DNA of 22,968 nucleotides from Xylographa opegraphella (Eukaryota). The translations under genes were made by a program, and so were the position numbers. Location: the NCBI GenBank assembly GCA_022813865.1, contig JALDZX010000039.1, positions 186,001-208,968 on the forward strand, written 5' to 3'. Below the pieces are notes generated by a model. It worked only from the letters and a program-made list of their open reading frames with translations, was not told the origin of the DNA and did no database searches. Positions 21,001 to 22,968 of the stretch are shown here, one piece after another. Position 1 is the stretch's first letter, and every line of letters begins with the position of its first letter.

Positions 21001-22558
21001 GTCATCGGCTCCCAATTTCTGAGGAAAATCTAAGCGCAAGTGCCGTTGTCCCTGATCGTTCTCGACAGTCTGCCATTGAAGATGAAGATCGTCTGCCAGC
21101 TCCTCGACAAACTTCCTGTCTCTAGCAGGCAAGGAGGTGTCTAAATCCAGAGACCTCTCTGTGCCATCAGCAGGCCTGTTGTTGACGTATTTTTTGACCC
21201 GCTTGAATATCTCCTTTTGGGAGGTTGTAACCGTTTGTTGCCCCTTTTTTGATTTTTGCTCCTTCGCCATTACATCCGGCTTCTCCATCTGCTTCCCCTT
21301 GAACCAGCTGGCGTCAGAGTTTTCAGCCTCAAAGAAACGATACTCTACGTCTGCTAACTCTTCGAGTAAAAGAGACAAACGATCCAAATTGATAACGCCG
21401 AGCTCATTGATGTAGCCTCCCACTTTTGGAAGTACAGATTTATATACCTTGAACATCAGCGCCAGTGCACCTTCGTTGATATGCAGATTAGGTAGATTAG
21501 GAAGGAAGTCGTTCCCCACAAAAAAAGCCATAAGAATGAAATCGTCAATTACCCGCTCCATGTCAAACGGAAATGTCATAACGCTAGGGTCCTTCAGCTC
21601 CGAAAACTCCAATTCAAGGTATTCCCTGACAATACACAAATGCATCAAGTAGAAATTTTGATGCTCCAGTTCCTTGGACTTTTTCTGATTTTGTCGACCA
21701 AAGGTCACCTCCTCCCTAAGCAAGCAAAAGTGGGGATCATGACTAAGCAACCCCAGCATAATCAAATCTGCATCTAGACCGTAGAGACAGTGGCGAATAT
21801 TCGGGTCGTAGTTGGGTTGAGCTTTAGCCATGCGTATGTACTCCATTATTTTATGTTCGCCTTCTCCTGGAACCTCGTGTCCGGATAGAACGACTTCTAC
21901 ACCCTGCCAGTCAACGTCCTCGGAAACCTTTTTGTTGATGAAATACTTGAGTTGCCGAGTGAGCTTGGCCATAAACTCCGTCCCTGCGAGTTGTCAGCTA
22001 TGGTAGTTGCATTTGATCTCACAGCATATCCACCTGGCGTAATGCAATTGCTGTCAAAAGCATCATCCTTAGGCATTTCAGCTCCATCCCTGATAGCTTT
22101 CTCTCGCGCTGTCTCCGCATCCAATGCCGTCCTGAATCGCCTAGCTCGCTGCTGATTCATCTTTGCTCGTGGTGCCACCCCGTCAATAGCCATAAAGAAT
22201 AACTGCTTTGGTTTGATCTTTCCGAAAAGGTGCTGAGTCCCACATTTTGCGTAAGCCCGAATCAAAATCCCTGCATGCTTCTACTCACCTCGATGTAGTT
22301 GAATATAGCGATGAACATCTTGTCCTCCGTCATACGGAACGTGGGCGAGTCCGAGTCGCTGTGCGTACAGTTGTGGATGATGCCATTCATGTCCAGATAA
22401 AGACAGTCGAACTCTGGAATACGATTTTCCGCGATCAACTGAGAGATCGCCGGGTACCTCTCGCTCATCCATCTTACATAAAGTCAGTGGCCACATATGG
22501 AGACCTTGAACAATGACCGTGCGCGCGGAACTCACCTGAAGAACTTAGGCACACCCAT
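18062..22558 (-). CDS. XRN1: 5'-3' exoribonuclease 1 (Xrn1/Kem1), 1,426 aa; exons 22558-22536, 22472-22289, 22232-22034, 21983-20688, 20640-18062
   Basis: MGVPKFFRWMSERYP, LYLDMNGIIH, AIDGVAPRAKMNQQRARRF, FDSNCITPGTEFM, VPGEGEHKIMEYIR, LYGLDADLIMLGL, FVGNDFLP, QQLMGVLP, DMNGKKMEWEAVVKIPF. The long C-terminal D1-D3/SH3-like region (NLGLNLKFE, IGDRVVYVQDSGRVP) distinguishes it from Rat1/Xrn2. Four introns keep the frame. Confidence 0.97.
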
Positions 22559-22968
22559 CTTGTTATTTTGTCAATCGAGGCGATTGAGAATGACTTTGAA
22601 GCTGTTGGAGAGGTCGCTGAGGTTCTGAAATAAGGATGTTCAGTTCATACCAATTTGCCACATTTCGAGGTCTTGTATACGAAAGGACTCCCACAGGGGT
22701 ACGAATTACCAGCTATATTGGCCACATCCTCATCAGCTGCTTCTCCGGTGAAGAAGATGAGTGTGTACGAGTACGAAAGTGTAAATGATTGCGCACAAGG
22801 TCAGAATGTCATGGCTGATCCGCATATGGAAGTCGAGGCTGCCAAGACCTCGAAGATGAACTAGCCTCGATCGCTTAGAAAGAGTTCCTCGGTCCGTGCA
22901 CGGTCCCAGTGAATGCACGCGTAGTACTTGAGAACTTGACAGCAGTCAACCTGCTGTAACTCCACCGA

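Noticed and set aside
138..22918. Many 60-170 aa ORFs antisense to, or in alternate frames of, the called genes
   Set aside because: They are shadow ORFs of real coding sequence with no independent motifs or splice support.

Overview
Eukaryotic DNA from a filamentous ascomycete (Pezizomycotina-like): short 46-100 nt GT-AG introns, mostly with CTRAY branch points. I cannot place it more finely from sequence alone. Recognisable genes are the 3' part of a questin-oxidase/HypA-like (DUF4243) gene (+), NADH pyrophosphatase NPY1 (-), signal peptidase subunit SPC3 (-) and the 5-exon 5'-3' exoribonuclease XRN1 (-). There is also a conserved-looking 394-aa hypothetical protein (-). Less ordinary content: (i) a predicted GPI-anchored Tyr/Asp-repeat surface protein with five PacC-type GCCARG sites clustered upstream; (ii) a ~1,359-aa three-exon gene joining a fungal Myb/SANT module to a ~1,000-aa uncharacterised region; (iii) three apparently decaying orphan genes with in-frame stops, one a small secreted Pro-rich protein; (iv) a possible 72-aa small gene with a TATA box. 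I found no convincing rRNA, tRNA, CRISPR array or transposon. All exon boundaries were derived by hand and need RNA-seq confirmation. Family names come from remembered motifs, not database searches.
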